Assembly: GCF_009914755.1 (NCBI RefSeq)
Contig: NC_060932.1
From: the human T2T-CHM13v2.0 reference genome, Homo sapiens
Reading direction: 5' to 3' (one strand)
DNA: 64,000 bases
Shown here: positions 62,722-64,000 of the stretch, in pieces
Numbering within the stretch: the stretch's first letter is position 1
Layout of the letters: each line of letters begins with the position of its first letter
Translations under genes and position numbers: made by a program
The notes under the pieces: generated by a model
Database searches by the model: none
The model's input: the letters and a program-made list of their open reading frames with translations, nothing else
Told to the model about the DNA's origin: nothing

Positions 62722-64000
62722 ATGGAATACTATACAGCCATAAAAAAGAATGAGATCATGTCCTTTGCAGGGACATGGATGGAGCTGGAGGCCATTATCC
62801 TTAGCAAACTAACACAGAAACAGAAAACAAAATACCCCGTGTTTTCACTTATAAGTGGGAGCTTAATGATGAGAACACATGGACACATAGAGGGAAACAA
62901 CAGACCCTGGTGCCTATTGGAGGGCAGAGGATGGGAGGAAGATGAGGATGAGGAAAAATAACTAATGGGTACTAGCCTTAATACCTGGGTGATGAAATTA
63001 TCTGTACAGAAAACCCCCATGACACAAGTTTACCTATGTAACAAACCTGCACTTGTACCCGTGAACTTAAAAGTATATGTTAAAAAAGGAATAAAACACA
63101 CTGTTCAAAGAGATAATGGCTGATTAATTTCCAGATAAAGACATGAGTTCTTAGATTAAAAATTAAGAGACCAAACAAGTCTACATCTAAATGCAGTACA
63201 TTTACATGCCATGAGAATAAAGTCAAGCCAGAGAGGAATAGCAGATTATCTAGATAAGGATAAAACTTTGACTGACAGCAGACTTAGAAAAAAATAAAGA
63301 TTAGATAGCCGAGATACTATCTTCAACATGTTGAGGAAAAATTATCAAACTATAATTCTATAAGCAGTTATAGTTTAACCAGGTGAGCAAAATGAAGATA
63401 TTTTAGCCAAAGTAAAGGCAAATATCTTAATTTTTTTTAAAGCATTAACTAAAAGATTAAACTCTGAATATTGGAGAAAATAAAACAGAACCCAGAGGAA
63501 GTAGAATGCAACAAGCTATAGTGATCACACCAATTGAAAAACATGTTCATGTCTCTATACAAAAGCATAGCATGTAAAAAACATATAATGATTTTCAAGT
63601 TTTGAAACTAAATATCTTATATTCACAAAAATAACACAGAAGACTTGAGAAGGAAGCCAAACTTAAAGCATTCAGAGTTTCCGCATTATCAGTGAGGAAG
63701 ACTAATGTAAATTAAAATGTAATTACTATAACTTTAAGTTCCTAACTACAAAAACAATAACAGAATCTATAACTTCTAAACCAGTGACAGCTACAAAAGA
63801 TGTAATATATGTATAAAATATGGGTAGGAAGAAACAATCCGAATATCTATGAACAGAATAGACAAATTACGGTATATTCAAACTATTTGAGTTTTACTCA
63901 GTAATAAAAAGGATAATACAGATACACATGACATGAATGAAATTCACATACATTATGCTGGTCAAAAGAATCCAAACAGATACAAAAAAGAGCATGCTCT

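Overview
Primate (human-like) AT-rich genomic DNA covering the middle of RSPO2 (R-spondin 2) on the minus strand. Three coding exons are present with canonical GT-AG sites: 59556-59744 (furin-like FU1, 189 nt), 31177-31320 (FU2, 144 nt) and 28583-28771 (TSP1, 189 nt). The signal-peptide and basic-tail exons lie outside the window. The 28.2-kb intron holds a full-length, disabled NRBF2 processed pseudogene (53474-55271, + strand, antisense to RSPO2) with an 11-bp TSD, nested in an old L1. The rest is intronic sequence with about 15 Alus, L1/L2/L3/MIR fragments, a truncated MER11 LTR, a MER4-group solo LTR inside a Tigger MITE, hAT MITEs and microsatellites. Nearly all ORFs in the supplied track are repeat-derived or chance. 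I see no convincing new gene system. The best leads are: inverted Alus closely flanking the symmetric FU1 exon; an Alu-L1 fusion inside one TSD, joined at the same L1 position as a second Alu insertion; a NAGNAG acceptor on the TSP1 exon; the antisense retrocopy; and several fold-back palindromes. Repeat boundaries and subfamily calls are by eye and approximate; residue numbering is recalled from the human protein.
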